64,000 bases of DNA from an uncultured Bacteroidales bacterium (GCA_934717675.1 CAKUYZ010000003.1:11263-75262); one strand, 5' to 3'. Positions 37,637-48,191 are shown, counted from the stretch's first letter. A program made the numbers and translations. Notes: generated by a model not told the origin, from the letters alone.

Positions 37637-37672
37637 AAAAAAATGGGCGCGCCCGTCATGTCGGGCGCGCCC
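37637..37672 (-). terminator. Rho-independent terminator after pgi
   Basis: GGGCGCGCCC (37645-37654) pairs with GGGCGCGCCC (37663-37672) in a 10-bp GC stem. On the minus strand it is followed by ATTTTTTT (A-run 37637-43 on plus). Confidence 0.85.
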
Positions 37673-37708
37673 TGTTGGCGGATGTCCCCGCCCTATGTTT
37701 GCCGTTCG

Positions 37709-39034
37709 CTACTTGCTGAGGCGAGCCTTGATGGCCTTGGTGGCCTCCTCGTAGCCCGGCTTCTCGAGCAGGGCGAACATGTTCTTCTTATAGGCCTCTA
37801 CGCCCGGCTGGTTGAACGGGTTGACGCCCAGGACGTAGCCGCTCACGCCGCACGCCTTCTCGAAGAAGTAGATGAGCTGGCCGAGGTTGAACTCGTCCAG
37901 GGTGGGGATCTCTACCTTGATGTTGGGTACGCCGCCGTCGGTGTGGGCTAGCAGGGTGCCCAACTCCGCCATCTTGTTCACCTGATCCACGCGCTTGCCT
38001 GCGAGGTAGTTGAGGCCGTCGAGGTTGTCGGCGTCGTTCTCAATGACCACTTTCTCGTTAGGCTCGGCCACGGTGACGCCCGTCTCGAAGATGATGCGCT
38101 GACCCTCCTGGATCCACTGTCCCATGGAGTGGAGGTCGGTGGTGAAGTCGCATCCTGCGGGGAAGATGCCCTTGCCGTCTTTGCCCTCGCTCTCGCCGTA
38201 GAGCTGCTTCCACCACTCTGTGAAGTAGTGGAGCTTGGGGCAGAAGTTGATGAGAATCTCGGTGCTCTTGCCGCCGCGGTAGAGCACGTTGCGCGCTGCT
38301 GCGTAGACTGCCGCGGGGTTCTGCTCAAAGGGCACGCTGCTGGCGGTGGCCATCTCCATCTCGGCCGCGCCGGCCACGAGCTTCTTGATGTCGAACCCGG
38401 CCACGGCTATGGGCAGCAGGCCCACAGGGGTGAGGACGGAGAATCGGCCGCCCACGTTGTCGGGGATGACGAAAGTCTTGTAGCCCTCTTGCGTGGCCAG
38501 GGTGCGGAGCGCGCCTTTGGCCTTGTCAGTGATGGCCACGATGCGCTTGCGCGCGCCCTCTTTGCCCTCCTGCTTCTCAAGCAGGGACTTCAGGAGGCGG
38601 AAGGATACGGCGGTCTCGGTGGTGGTGCCGCTCTTGGATATGTTGATGATGCCGAACTTCCTGCCCTTGATGGTGGCGATGAGGTCGGCCAGGTAGTCCT
38701 CGCCCAGGTTCTGGCCCGCGTAGAGGATCACGGGGGCCTTGCGGTTGGTCTGGAGGTAGTCGAAGCTGTTGGAGAGGGCCTCGATGACGGCGCGCGCGCC
38801 GAGATAGCTGCCGCCAATGCCGGCCACTACCACAATCTCGCAGTTGTCGCGGAGAACCTTGGCTGCCTCCTCAATCTCGTTGAGGAACGCCTCGGTGGTC
38901 TCAGACGGCAGGTGGTGCCAGCCAATGAAGTCTGAGCCCGCGCCATTGCCCTTGTCGAGTTTCTCAAGCGCGCTGGCGACCTCGCCCTGGAGGGGCTTGA
39001 TGTCTACCGATGCCTTAGAAATGTCAATCTTCAT
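37709..39034 (-). CDS. pgi: Glucose-6-phosphate isomerase
   Basis: [12 protein letters not shown] and SKSGTTTET motifs. Start at ATG 39034 ([11 protein letters not shown]...). Confidence 0.95.
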   Translation of the reverse strand: MKIDISKASVDIKPLQGEVASALEKLDKGNGAGSDFIGWHHLPSETTEAFLNEIEEAAKVLRDNCEIVVVAGIGGSYLGARAVIEALSNSFDYLQTNRKAPVILYAGQNLGEDYLADLIATIKGRKFGIINISKSGTTTETAVSFRLLKSLLEKQEGKEGARKRIVAITDKAKGALRTLATQEGYKTFVIPDNVGGRFSVLTPVGLLPIAVAGFDIKKLVAGAAEMEMATASSVPFEQNPAAVYAAARNVLYRGGKSTEILINFCPKLHYFTEWWKQLYGESEGKDGKGIFPAGCDFTTDLHSMGQWIQEGQRIIFETGVTVAEPNEKVVIENDADNLDGLNYLAGKRVDQVNKMAELGTLLAHTDGGVPNIKVEIPTLDEFNLGQLIYFFEKACGVSGYVLGVNPFNQPGVEAYKKNMFALLEKPGYEEATKAIKARLSK

Positions 39035-39090
39035 GATGTTTGTATGTTTTGTCTTGTTGTCTTTGCTCTGTGGCTCGCGCCGTCGGCCCC

Positions 39091-40116
39091 CTATCGCAGC
39101 TGCTCGGTCAGGAGCATGCACTCGATGACAGGCGACACTTTGCCGTAGATTATGTTGTATACGCAGTCCGTTATGGGCATCGAGACCTGATACCGCTCGT
39201 TGATGGCCTTGATGCTCTTGGTGGCGTAGTAGCCCTCGGCCACCATAAGCATCTCCATCTGCGCGGACTTGACCGAGTAGCCTTTGCCGAGCATGGTGCC
39301 AAAGGTTCTGTTTCGGCTAAACTGCGAGTAGCACGTCACGAGCAGGTCGCCGAGGTAGGCGGAGCTCTTGATGTCTCGCGGAATAGGGTGCACCGTGTCC
39401 ACGAACCTCTTGATCTCCTGTATGGCGTTGGATATTAGCACGGCCTGGAAGTTGTCTCCGTAGCCCAGGCCGTGGAACACGCCGGAGGCTATGGCCATGA
39501 TGTTTTTGAGCACGGCGGCATACTCGGTGCCGTATATGTCGTCCGAGACGCAGGTCTTGATGAAGTGGCACGTGATGAGGCGGGCGTATTCGCGGGCCAG
39601 GTCCACGTTTTGGCAGGCCATGGTCAGGTATGACAGCCTCTCCAGTGCCACCTCTTCGGCGTGGCACGGGCCGCTGATGACCCCTATGCGGTCAATGGGC
39701 ACGCCCATGCACTGGTTGAGCCACGTCCCGATGATCATGTTCTTCTCCGGAATCAGGCCCTTGATGGCCGAGATGACGTATTTGTCGGCCAGCGGCACCG
39801 TCAGGTTTCTGATGGCGGACTGGATGAAGGCCGACGGCACGACCAGGAAGATGACGTCTGACTCGCTGACAATCTGGTTGATGTCGTCGGAGAACGTTAT
39901 CTTGCTCGTGTCGAACTGGACGCTGGAGAGGTATGACGGGTTGTGCCCCGTGATTCGGAACGTGTCGATGTTCTTCTTGTTGCGGACGTGCCAGTTGAGG
40001 TGGTTCACGTTGCACAGGAGCATCTTGGCTATGGCCGTGGCCCAGCTACCGCTCCCCACGAGTCCCACCCTGGGGTTCTCTCCAAGAATCAGTTCCGGCT
40101 TGCCTTCGGTATTCAT
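39091..40116 (-). CDS. gpsA: NAD(P)H-dependent glycerol-3-phosphate dehydrogenase
   Basis: [17 protein letters not shown] Rossmann motif. The ATG at 40116 overlaps the lysS stop as ATGA; an alternative ATG lies at 40134. Confidence 0.92.
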   Translation of the reverse strand: MNTEGKPELILGENPRVGLVGSGSWATAIAKMLLCNVNHLNWHVRNKKNIDTFRITGHNPSYLSSVQFDTSKITFSDDINQIVSESDVIFLVVPSAFIQSAIRNLTVPLADKYVISAIKGLIPEKNMIIGTWLNQCMGVPIDRIGVISGPCHAEEVALERLSYLTMACQNVDLAREYARLITCHFIKTCVSDDIYGTEYAAVLKNIMAIASGVFHGLGYGDNFQAVLISNAIQEIKRFVDTVHPIPRDIKSSAYLGDLLVTCYSQFSRNRTFGTMLGKGYSVKSAQMEMLMVAEGYYATKSIKAINERYQVSMPITDCVYNIIYGKVSPVIECMLLTEQLR

Positions 40117-41840
40117 TGCAGGGCGTTGAACCATGCGGCGACCTCTTCTTGCTTGAGTGGCGTGAGGCCGAGCTTGTTCTTCTTGTTTATGTCACAGAGC
40201 ATCTGGTGCACCTTGCCGGGCTTCATCTTGGCCATGTCGGCCACGGTGTTGACGCCGGCGGCGTAGAGCGGCTCCACCCACTCCGTGGGCACGCCCAGCT
40301 TGGTGAATGCTGCCTCGGGGTCGCGCGCCACCTTTTTCTCTGGCTTCATTTGCGGGAAGAGCATGACCTCGCCAATGGCGTTTTTGCCCGTCATGAGCAT
40401 CACGAGGCGGTCTATGCCAATGCCAATGCCCGACGTGGGCGGCATGCCGTATTGGAGGGCGCGGAGGAAGTCTTGGTCAATGATCATGGCCTCGTCGTCG
40501 CCCTTGTCGGCCAGTCGCATCTGCTCCTTGAAGCGCTCCTCCTGGTCTATCGGGTCGTTAAGCTCGCTATATGCGTTGGCCAGCTCTTTGCCGTTGACCA
40601 TGAGTTCAAAACGCTCCGTCAGGCCGGGCTTGCTGCGGTGCTTCTTGGTCAGGGGCGACATTTCCACGGGATAGTCTGTGATGAAGGTGGGCTGGATATA
40701 TGTGCCTTCGCAGAACTCGCCGAAAATCTCGTCGATGAGCTTGCCTTTGCCCATGGTGTCGTCAATCTCCATCTTGAGGTCGCGGCAGATGGCGCGGATC
40801 TCGTCCTCGCTCTTGCCGTCTAGGTCGTAGCCCGTCTTCTCCTTGATGGCCTCCAAGATGGGCAGGCGGCGGAAGGGCGCGCGGAAGCTGATGACGTGGC
40901 CGTCAATCTCGCTCTCCGGCTTGCCGTTGACGGCCACGCAGATGGTCTCGAGCAGCTTCTCGGTGAAGCTCATCATCCAGTTATAGTCCTTATACTGGAC
41001 GTAGAGCTCCATGCAGGTGAACTCGGGGTTGTGGGTGCGGTCCATGCCCTCGTTGCGGAAGTTCTTGCCTATCTCGTATACGCCCTCGAAGCCGCCCACG
41101 ATGAGCCTCTTGAGGTATAGCTCGGTGGCTATGCGCATATACATGTCGATGTTGAGGGCGTTGAAGTGCGTGATGAAGGGGCGGGCCGAGGCTCCGCCGG
41201 CTATGGACTGCAGCACGGGGGTCTCCACCTCGGTGTAGCCCGCTCCGTCTAGCACGGAGCGCAGGGTGCGCAGCACCGTGGCGCGCTGAAGGAATGTGTC
41301 TTTGACGCCCTTGTTGACCACCAGGTCAACGTATCTCTGGCGGTAGCGCAGCTCCGGGTCGTCAAATGAGTCGTAGACCACCCCGTCTTTCTCTTTCACC
41401 ACGGGCAGCGGCTTGAGGCTCTTGGCCAGCACAGTCAGGCTCTTGGCGTGGACGGATATCTCGCCCGTCTTGGTGCGGAAGACGAAGCCCTTGACGCCCA
41501 CAAAGTCGCCCAGGTCGAGCAGCTTCTTGAACACCACGTTGTAGAGGTCGGCGTTGTCGGCGGGGCAGATCTCGTCGCGGGCAATGTAGACCTGGATTCG
41601 GCCCTTGGAGTCCTGCAACTCAATGAAAGAAGCCTTGCCCATGACGCGCCGGCTCATCATGCGGCCCGCTATGCACACCTCGCGCTGTGGGGCATCGTCG
41701 GTGAAGCCGGCAATGATGTCGGTGGAGAACGCGTCGGTCGGATATTCGGCCGCTGGGTAAGGGTCAATGCCCATGTCGCGGAGAGACTGCAGGTTGTTGC
41801 GTCTGTTAATCTCTTGCTCGCTAAGGTCTTGTAGGCTCAT
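40113..41840 (-). CDS. lysS: Lysine--tRNA ligase (class II)
   Basis: [15 protein letters not shown] (motif 2) and [14 protein letters not shown] (motif 3), with the extended C-terminal domain typical of Bacteroidota LysS. ATG at 41840; the track start at 41891 is GTG inside a hairpin. Confidence 0.95.
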   Translation of the reverse strand: MSLQDLSEQEINRRNNLQSLRDMGIDPYPAAEYPTDAFSTDIIAGFTDDAPQREVCIAGRMMSRRVMGKASFIELQDSKGRIQVYIARDEICPADNADLYNVVFKKLLDLGDFVGVKGFVFRTKTGEISVHAKSLTVLAKSLKPLPVVKEKDGVVYDSFDDPELRYRQRYVDLVVNKGVKDTFLQRATVLRTLRSVLDGAGYTEVETPVLQSIAGGASARPFITHFNALNIDMYMRIATELYLKRLIVGGFEGVYEIGKNFRNEGMDRTHNPEFTCMELYVQYKDYNWMMSFTEKLLETICVAVNGKPESEIDGHVISFRAPFRRLPILEAIKEKTGYDLDGKSEDEIRAICRDLKMEIDDTMGKGKLIDEIFGEFCEGTYIQPTFITDYPVEMSPLTKKHRSKPGLTERFELMVNGKELANAYSELNDPIDQEERFKEQMRLADKGDDEAMIIDQDFLRALQYGMPPTSGIGIGIDRLVMLMTGKNAIGEVMLFPQMKPEKKVARDPEAAFTKLGVPTEWVEPLYAAGVNTVADMAKMKPGKVHQMLCDINKKNKLGLTPLKQEEVAAWFNALQ

Positions 41841-41874
41841 TATATGTCTGTTCTTCTTGTTTTTCCAATATGTT

Positions 41875-41910
41875 TTGAGGGCGGGACGCACGCCGCGCGC
41901 CCGCCCTCAA
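41875..41910 (-). terminator. GC hairpin between murI and lysS (terminator-like, no U-tract in the minus orientation)
   Basis: An 11-bp stem pairs TTGAGGGCGGG (41875-41885) with CCCGCCCTCAA (41900-41910). Confidence 0.4.
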
Positions 41911-41956
41911 ACCGCTAATTTAAGCAGTTCGCGTGAGAATTGAAAATTGAAATCCG

Positions 41957-42775
41957 TCACCCTATCTCGGTGTGCGCCACGTCTAGCCGGCCGCTGAAGA
42001 AGATGCCGGCCGTGTCGGCGAATTTCTCGGGGGCCTCTGTGGTGAAGAAGCGCGCCGTGCCGCCACGGCTGAGCCGCGCCTCCATCTCGGTGTGGCGCGC
42101 CAGGTAGTCCGCGAGGCTGCGGGCCACGATGTCGCCCTGAGACAGCAGCTTGACTCCCTGCGGCAGGGCGAGGGCTATCTTGGGAGCCAGGAGCGGGTAG
42201 TGGGTGCAGGCGAGCATGACGGTGTCTATGGCGGGGCATTGGCCCATGAGCTGGCGAGTGTATTGCTCCACGAAATAGTCCGCCCCGGGCTTGTCATATT
42301 CTCCGTTCTCCACGAGCGGCACCCACAGGGGGCATGCTTGCTGAAACACCTCCACGCCGGGCCACAAGTGGCTCATCTCGATGGTGTAGGAGAGTGACGA
42401 CACGGTGCCCTGCGTGGCCAAGACCCCCACTTTGCCCGTGGCCGTGTAGGCGCCCAGTGCCTCGGCCGAGGGGCGTATGATGCCCAAGACGCGTTTTCGC
42501 CCTTCGGGGTCGAGGCGCGGCAGGTCTCGCTGCTGTATGGTGCGCAGGGCCTTGGCCGAGGCCGTGTTGCAGGCCAAGATGATGAGGTCGGCCCCCATGC
42601 GCAGCATCTCGGTCACGGCCTGGAGGGTGAAGCGATACACCACGTCGAAGGAGCGTGAGCCGTAGGGCGCGCGGGCGTTGTCTCCAAGATATATGTAGTC
42701 ATAGGCCGGCAAGGCCTTGCGCACCGCGCTGAATATCGTCAGGCCGCCGTAGCCGGAGTCGAAGATGGCAATCAT
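41957..42775 (-). CDS. murI: Glutamate racemase
   Basis: IFDSGYGGLT, ILACNTAS and MLACTHYP (the two catalytic Cys motifs); 272 aa. Confidence 0.93.
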   Translation of the reverse strand: MIAIFDSGYGGLTIFSAVRKALPAYDYIYLGDNARAPYGSRSFDVVYRFTLQAVTEMLRMGADLIILACNTASAKALRTIQQRDLPRLDPEGRKRVLGIIRPSAEALGAYTATGKVGVLATQGTVSSLSYTIEMSHLWPGVEVFQQACPLWVPLVENGEYDKPGADYFVEQYTRQLMGQCPAIDTVMLACTHYPLLAPKIALALPQGVKLLSQGDIVARSLADYLARHTEMEARLSRGGTARFFTTEAPEKFADTAGIFFSGRLDVAHTEIG

Positions 42776-43305
42776 TTCTTTGGCACTTGTGGCGGGATGC
42801 CGTCGCCCTTGGGCTGGGCCGCGCGGGCCTCGGCCGCTGTGCGGCCCTCGGTGTAGACGTGGGGCTTGCAGATGAAGATTCGGGTGTTCTGCATGGTGTC
42901 GTCGGGGTCTCTTTTCGCCAGCAGGAGGCGATAGGTCTTTTTGCCTGGCTCACGGATCACCTCGATGTAGTCGAAATAGTCGTCCTCCCCGTTGCGCGTG
43001 ATGGCGAATATGTTGTCCGATATGCGCTTGTATGCCGCCACGGGGAAGTGCATCTGGATGGCCGGATGGTTGAACTCTATGCAGTCGTCTGAGAATGTTA
43101 TGGTGCCGGAGGCCATGTCGGTCCCGTTGATGAAGGAGATGCCCGTGCGGTAGCTCTTGATGAACCACTCCGTCTGATGGCCGGAGAGTTCGCAGCTCCA
43201 CCACGCGTTGTTGAAGTACTCCTCATCTTGCGCCGCCGCGCGCGGGCATATGGCCACGGCGGCCAGGAAGACCGCCATCCGGCACAGAGCCTTGAAGTGT
43301 CTCAT
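42772..43305 (-). CDS. Small secreted protein of unknown function
   Basis: 177 aa; signal peptide MAVFLAAVAICPRAAA/QD; no recognisable motif. ATGA overlaps at both ends (43302-43305 and 42772-42775). Confidence 0.65.
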   Translation of the reverse strand: MRHFKALCRMAVFLAAVAICPRAAAQDEEYFNNAWWSCELSGHQTEWFIKSYRTGISFINGTDMASGTITFSDDCIEFNHPAIQMHFPVAAYKRISDNIFAITRNGEDDYFDYIEVIREPGKKTYRLLLAKRDPDDTMQNTRIFICKPHVYTEGRTAAEARAAQPKGDGIPPQVPKK

Positions 43306-43841
43306 TCGTTGTCTTTTTTGTCCTCCTCCTCTTCGTACCAGCGGGCGTAGGTTGCGTAGTGTGAGGCTATTCGTTTTATGGTGTCGGCCTCTTGCCCCTC
43401 GGTCAGTTCTTTTATTCGCTTGGCGGGCGTGCCGGCGTAGATGCCGCGGCTCTCGGCCGTCTTGCCGCCCGTGAGCACGGCCCCCGCGGCCACTATGGTG
43501 TCTGGCTCCACCGTGGCTCCATCTAAAACAATGGAGCCCATGCCCACGAGCACGCGGTCTTTTATGGTGGCCCCGTGGACAATGGCCCCGTGGCCTATCG
43601 AGACGTCGGACCCAATCTGCGTGTCATGTTTCTCGAACGTGCCGTGGATGACGGCGTTGTCTTGGATGTTGACACGGTCGCCCACCCTGATGGGGGCCAC
43701 GTCGCCACGCAGCACGGCTCCGAACCAGACGCTGCAGCCGTCGCCCAGCGTCACGTCGCCTATCAGTGTGGCCGTGGGGGCCAAGTAGCAGTCTTTGCCA
43801 ACGGTCGGCGTCTTGCCGCGCAGTGTGATGATGTTCGCCAT
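43302..43841 (-). CDS. Gamma-carbonic-anhydrase-family (left-handed beta-helix, hexapeptide repeat) protein
   Basis: 179 aa; hexapeptide repeats (IGDVTLGDGCSVWFGAVLRGD..., IGHGAIVHGATI...) with a helical C-terminal tail. Confidence 0.88.
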   Translation of the reverse strand: MANIITLRGKTPTVGKDCYLAPTATLIGDVTLGDGCSVWFGAVLRGDVAPIRVGDRVNIQDNAVIHGTFEKHDTQIGSDVSIGHGAIVHGATIKDRVLVGMGSIVLDGATVEPDTIVAAGAVLTGGKTAESRGIYAGTPAKRIKELTEGQEADTIKRIASHYATYARWYEEEEDKKDNE

Positions 43842-43882
43842 GTCTGTCTGTCTGTCTCTGAACGATGTGTCCTTTGGGGGCC

Positions 43883-44695
43883 TTACCGCTTGCGTATGAC
43901 GTGGTCTGGCAATATGACGCTCTCGCCCCTGAAACGCCTCAAGATCTGCGCGTAGAGCAGTGCCTTGCGCTCAGAGCGGCCGATGAGCGGCTCCATGTCG
44001 GCCGACGTGTTGTAGAGATCCGCCGCCACGCGCGGGTCGAAGTCGTCTTGCTCCACGTCCAGCCCCAGCACGCGGCCAATGAGTTCCGCCGGCGCGCGTC
44101 GGCCGGTCGTCTCGGTGAAGGACCAGTAGTCCGCCGTGTCAATCACCGAGTCGGCAACCTTGCGCCGCCCGTGCCTGTCAAAGAGGGCTGGCAACTGTAT
44201 GTTGTTCACAATTAGTCGTCTGGCAAAGAAAGGGATGTCGGCCGCCAAGACTCCGTGGCCGCACAGCACGTGGTCTTGCGCCGGCGTGGAGAGGAAGTTG
44301 CCCACCATCTCGGCGAAGCCGCACAAGACGTCGCGCTCACTGTCTCCCGAATAGGTCGATGTGATGAAAAACGGGTCGGTCTCGCCCTCTTTGTGGCGGA
44401 TGACTCCTGCCGTTATGCAAGCCACTTTCCCAAACTCGGCCATGGCGCCCGCCTCGGCATATGCCTCACTGGCGGTCACGCCCGCCGGCCGCCAGGCCGC
44501 CGAGGCCGAATCCCAAAGCCGCTGCATGTCGGCAGACAGATTGTCAAATGAGCTAAGCTCCGGAACTCCCTCAATGCTGACGAACACGATGTCGTTTTCA
44601 GACACAGTATGCAACGCGGCCGTGCCGCGCGGCGACGATGGGGTTGGCTTGCCGCCGCGTGTCTCGCGGCTTTTGCCTTCGTTATTGTATCTCAC
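43883..44695 (-). CDS. RNase H-fold protein related to PolB-type 3'-5' exonuclease domains (catalytic motifs apparently degenerate)
   Basis: Blocks ...IVFVSIEGVPE..., AEFGKVACITAGVI, LCGHGVLAADIPFFARRLIV and IDTADYW are collinear with my recollection of the DNA_pol_B_exo2-type family. The first codon at 44695 is GTG; the alternative GTG at 44605 is closer to the family N-terminus. Confidence 0.55.
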   Translation of the reverse strand: MRYNNEGKSRETRGGKPTPSSPRGTAALHTVSENDIVFVSIEGVPELSSFDNLSADMQRLWDSASAAWRPAGVTASEAYAEAGAMAEFGKVACITAGVIRHKEGETDPFFITSTYSGDSERDVLCGFAEMVGNFLSTPAQDHVLCGHGVLAADIPFFARRLIVNNIQLPALFDRHGRRKVADSVIDTADYWSFTETTGRRAPAELIGRVLGLDVEQDDFDPRVAADLYNTSADMEPLIGRSERKALLYAQILRRFRGESVILPDHVIRKR

Positions 44696-44788
44696 CTCCG
44701 TAAAAATTAATACGATGCGTAAAGTTACAAAATGCGGGCCGTAAAGTAAAACTGAAAGGCATCAACAGCATAGTACGGCTAAAAGAGC

Positions 44789-44796
44789 TATTTTTG
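44789..44796 (+). promoter_or_regulatory. Putative -7 box upstream of the Dabb gene
   Basis: TATTTTTG, 19 nt before ATG 44816, in the divergent intergenic region. Confidence 0.45.
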
Positions 44797-44815
44797 CGCG
44801 TAAACCCTTTTGGAC

Positions 44816-45115
44816 ATGATCAAGCACATTGTACTCTTCAAACTCCGCGACGATGTTGAGGCCGGCGTCAAGGCCTCGCGCCTGCCATCCATCCGCAGCC
44901 AGTTTTTGGCCCTTATGGGCGTCATACCCTCGCTCCGCGGCATTGAGATAGGCCTCAACGTCAACCCCAAGGAGAAATTCGACCTCGCCCTCGTGGCCAC
45001 TTTTGACGACCTTGCCGGCCTCGCGGCCTACGCCACCGACCCGCGCCATGTGGCCGTGGCCAAGCAGGTGGGCGAGATGCTCGACGTGAGGGCCTGCACC
45101 GACTACGAGATCTGA
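44816..45115 (+). CDS. Dabb-family (stress-responsive alpha/beta barrel) protein
   Basis: MIKHIVLFKLRDD...; about 99 aa. ATG at 44816; the track start at 44810 is TTG. A TATTTTTG box lies 20 nt upstream. Confidence 0.8.
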   Translation: MIKHIVLFKLRDDVEAGVKASRLPSIRSQFLALMGVIPSLRGIEIGLNVNPKEKFDLALVATFDDLAGLAAYATDPRHVAVAKQVGEMLDVRACTDYEI

Positions 45116-45152
45116 CCCGCGCCGCAACGTCTCACATTCGCACAACGACCAT

Positions 45153-45476
45153 ATGAAGTCTTTCATTCAACTGCCCAAGCACAAGGTGTTTGAGTATAAG
45201 CCTCTTTATTATGATCCTGACAAGGAATATGTGAAAAAGAGGCGCGAGGAGCTGGGCCTGACCAGCGAGGTGGAGAAGCTGGCCGGCACGGGCGGCATGC
45301 TCCGCGCGGGCTCCATGCGCATGCGCCACGCTAGCTATAAGCCCAGCGTGGAGGACGGGAGCCGGCAGCGTTTTGTGCGACGTTGGGTCATTGTGCTGAT
45401 TCTCAGCGCCATCCTTTATGCCTACCTTGGCGGTAAGCTAGACAGCCTCATAGGGCTGCTGATGGGTGCCAAATAG
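45153..45476 (+). CDS. Small tail-anchored membrane protein, unknown function
   Basis: 107 aa; basic N-terminal part and a single C-terminal TM (WVIVLILSAILYAYLGG). It fills the gap before mutL on the same strand. Confidence 0.55.
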   Translation: MKSFIQLPKHKVFEYKPLYYDPDKEYVKKRREELGLTSEVEKLAGTGGMLRAGSMRMRHASYKPSVEDGSRQRFVRRWVIVLILSAILYAYLGGKLDSLIGLLMGAK

Positions 45477-45503
45477 GCCTGACGAGGAACCAAGCGCAAA
45501 GAA

Positions 45504-47339
45504 ATGAACGTTATTCACCTGCTGCCCGACACCGTGGCCAACCAGATTGCCGCCGGCGAGGTCATCCAAAGGCCCGCCTCGGTGATAAAGGAGTTGATGG
45601 AGAACGCCATTGACGCGGGCGCGACAGACATAAAAGTCCTGGTGCAAGATGCCGGGCGCACGCAGATCCAAGTCATTGACGATGGCTGCGGAATGACAGA
45701 GACCGACGCGCGTCTGGCCTTTGAGCGTCACGCCACGTCCAAGATCGCGTCGGCGAGAGACCTGTATAGCCTCACCACCATGGGTTTCCGCGGAGAGGCT
45801 CTGGCCTCCATAGCTGCCGTGGCCAGGGTGGAGCTTCTCACGCGGCAGGCCGATCAGGAGCTCGGCGTCAAAATTGTCTTGGCAGGTTCGGAAGTGGAGG
45901 TGCAAGAGCCGTGCGCCACGCCAAAGGGGAGCCGTTTTTGTGTCAAGGACTTGTTTTTCAACGTCCCTGCCAGGCGGCGGTTCCTCAAGTCCGACGCGGC
46001 TGAGATGCGTCACGTCTGCTCTGAGTTCCTGCGCGTGGCACTCGCCCACCCCTCGGTGAGCATGAGCCTGACGTCGGGCGGCGTGCCGCTATACAACCTG
46101 CCGGCCGGCAACGTGAAGCAGAGGGTGGCTGGTGTGGCAGGGCTCTCCATGGCCAAGAATCTGCTCTCGCTGGAATGCGAGACGAGCCTGGTGAAAATAT
46201 CGGGTTTCATCGGCACTCCCGAGACTGCCAGGAAAAGTGGCGGAGACCAATATTTCTTCGCCAACGACAGGTATATGCGCAGCGCCTATTTCAACAAGGC
46301 CGTCGTCGACGCCTACAAGGGCATAATAGGCCCTGACCATCTGCCGGCCTACTACATATATCTGCACGTAGACCCGCAGTCGCTAGACGTCAACGTCCAC
46401 CCTCAAAAGACGGAGATAAAGTTCGATGACGACCAGGCCATCTGGAAGATTCTCAACGCCACGGTCAGCGCCTGCCTCAATGACAACAACATCTTGCCGC
46501 AGATTGACTTCGACAGCGGCGAGAGGGTAGACATCCCCAGTTTCGACCCCTCGGCTCAGGCCGCCAACACATACAACCCCTTCGCCAGCGAGCGGCTCCA
46601 AGCCGCCCGATACGCGCAGTCTTTCGGTCAGTCACCGAGGCCCGACGCCAGCGGATGGGAGGCCGTCTACCCGATTCCGGACGGCATGGTGAGCTTCGAG
46701 TCTCACGTCAACGCCCCTGAGGCCGCGGCCCCCGAGGCCGGCCTGTTCCCAGCGGCGGGGAATGACGCCGCCGAGGCCGGTCTGCTGACGCAATATAAGC
46801 TGCGCTACATCTTGCGTCCCGTTGAGACGGGGCTTCTGGTCATAGACCAGCACAGGGCTCACGAGCGTGTCCTCTACGACCGCATGAAAGCCATGATGGC
46901 CCACTCCGCCGTGGAGTGCCAGAGGCTCCTCTTCCCCGAGGTCATGGCCATGGGGGCCGAGGATCTGTGCGTACTCTCTGAACTGACGGCAGAGATGAGC
47001 GCGGCTGGAATTGACCTGGAGGTGGACTCTGCGGCGGGGCGCGTCACCATCACGTCCATCCCGGCCCTTATGGATGTCGAGGCGGTGCGGTCTCTCATAG
47101 AGACTCTCACGTTCAATTGCCGCTCTGGCGAGGTGGATGTGCACTCCGATGTGAGCGACGTCATTGCGCGCAGCCTCTCCGACCACAAGGCCATCCCTTA
47201 TGGCCGCGTCTTGTCGGCCGATGAGATGGCGGACCTCTATGCCAAGCTCATGGAGTCTGACAACAGGCAGACGTCGCCTTCTGGCCGCCCGACAATGAAG
47301 GTGATAGCCGACGCCGACATCGACGCCATGTTACGCTAA
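45504..47339 (+). CDS. mutL: DNA mismatch repair protein MutL
   Basis: N-terminal GHKL ATPase motifs VANQIAAGEVIQRPASVIKELMENAIDAG and DDGCGM; 611 aa. Confidence 0.95.
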   Translation: MNVIHLLPDTVANQIAAGEVIQRPASVIKELMENAIDAGATDIKVLVQDAGRTQIQVIDDGCGMTETDARLAFERHATSKIASARDLYSLTTMGFRGEALASIAAVARVELLTRQADQELGVKIVLAGSEVEVQEPCATPKGSRFCVKDLFFNVPARRRFLKSDAAEMRHVCSEFLRVALAHPSVSMSLTSGGVPLYNLPAGNVKQRVAGVAGLSMAKNLLSLECETSLVKISGFIGTPETARKSGGDQYFFANDRYMRSAYFNKAVVDAYKGIIGPDHLPAYYIYLHVDPQSLDVNVHPQKTEIKFDDDQAIWKILNATVSACLNDNNILPQIDFDSGERVDIPSFDPSAQAANTYNPFASERLQAARYAQSFGQSPRPDASGWEAVYPIPDGMVSFESHVNAPEAAAPEAGLFPAAGNDAAEAGLLTQYKLRYILRPVETGLLVIDQHRAHERVLYDRMKAMMAHSAVECQRLLFPEVMAMGAEDLCVLSELTAEMSAAGIDLEVDSAAGRVTITSIPALMDVEAVRSLIETLTFNCRSGEVDVHSDVSDVIARSLSDHKAIPYGRVLSADEMADLYAKLMESDNRQTSPSGRPTMKVIADADIDAMLR

Positions 47340-47378
47340 CAAAGTAAACAAAACAACAACAACAGAACGACACTACAT

Positions 47379-48191
47379 ATGAGAATGACGCCGGCAGTCA
47401 AGAACCTGCTACTCATCAACGTGCTGTGTTTCGCCGCAGCGTGGGTCTTCAGCAGCAGTTTGCGGATAGACCTGGAAGACGTCTTGGGCTTGCACTATGT
47501 GACGGCCAAAGACTTCGGCCCGTGGCAGTTCGTCACATTCATGTTTATGCACGCCAGCGTGAGCCACATATTCTTCAACATGTTCGCCCTCTGGATGTTC
47601 GGCACCATCATAGAGAGCTCGTTGGGCACGGGGCGTTTTGTGGCATATTACCTCACGTGCGGCATAGGCTCCGGCCTCATCCAGCAGCTGGCCGTGGGCA
47701 TAGACCTCCACCCGCTCGTGGTGGCGGTGGACCAGCTTATGAACGACCCCACCACGGCAAACATACAGGGTTTCCTCTCGTCGCACGTCGTGGCTTTCTC
47801 GTCGGAGTCCAAAATGGCCATAGAGACGTTCATAAAGGACTATAACAACACCTTGGGCTCCGACCACGCGGGAGCCGCTGCCTTGGCTCGCTCCTTTGCC
47901 GAGCAATATCAGGCGGCCTACGTCAACGCCCAGGTCACGGTGGGAGCTTCAGGCGCGGTGTTTGGCGTGCTGCTGGCTTTCGGCATGCTTTTCCCCAATA
48001 TGCGCATCATGCTCCTCTTCCCGCCCATCCCGCTCAAGGCTAAATGGTTCGTCATTATTTATGGCCTCATTGAGCTGTTTGGCGGCATCCATGGCGCGGA
48101 CTATGACAATGTGGCTCACTGGGCCCACATTGGCGGCATGCTCTTCGGGTTCATCTTGCTGCGCTATTGGCGCGTCAGGCGTTTTAACTAG
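47379..48191 (+). CDS. Rhomboid-family intramembrane serine protease (1)
   Basis: MHASVSHIFFNMFALWMFG (HxxxN), GASGAVFGVL (catalytic Ser) and AHIGGMLFG (catalytic His), with a ~90-aa insert between the TM blocks. Confidence 0.85.
   Translation: MRMTPAVKNLLLINVLCFAAAWVFSSSLRIDLEDVLGLHYVTAKDFGPWQFVTFMFMHASVSHIFFNMFALWMFGTIIESSLGTGRFVAYYLTCGIGSGLIQQLAVGIDLHPLVVAVDQLMNDPTTANIQGFLSSHVVAFSSESKMAIETFIKDYNNTLGSDHAGAAALARSFAEQYQAAYVNAQVTVGASGAVFGVLLAFGMLFPNMRIMLLFPPIPLKAKWFVIIYGLIELFGGIHGADYDNVAHWAHIGGMLFGFILLRYWRVRRFN

Noticed and set aside
44696-44815. Divergent strand switch considered as a possible replication origin
   Set aside because: The gap is only about 120 bp. I found no DnaA-box-like TTATCCACA repeats and no dnaA/dnaN nearby. 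A convergent switch lies only 19 kb away. It is an ordinary divergent promoter region.
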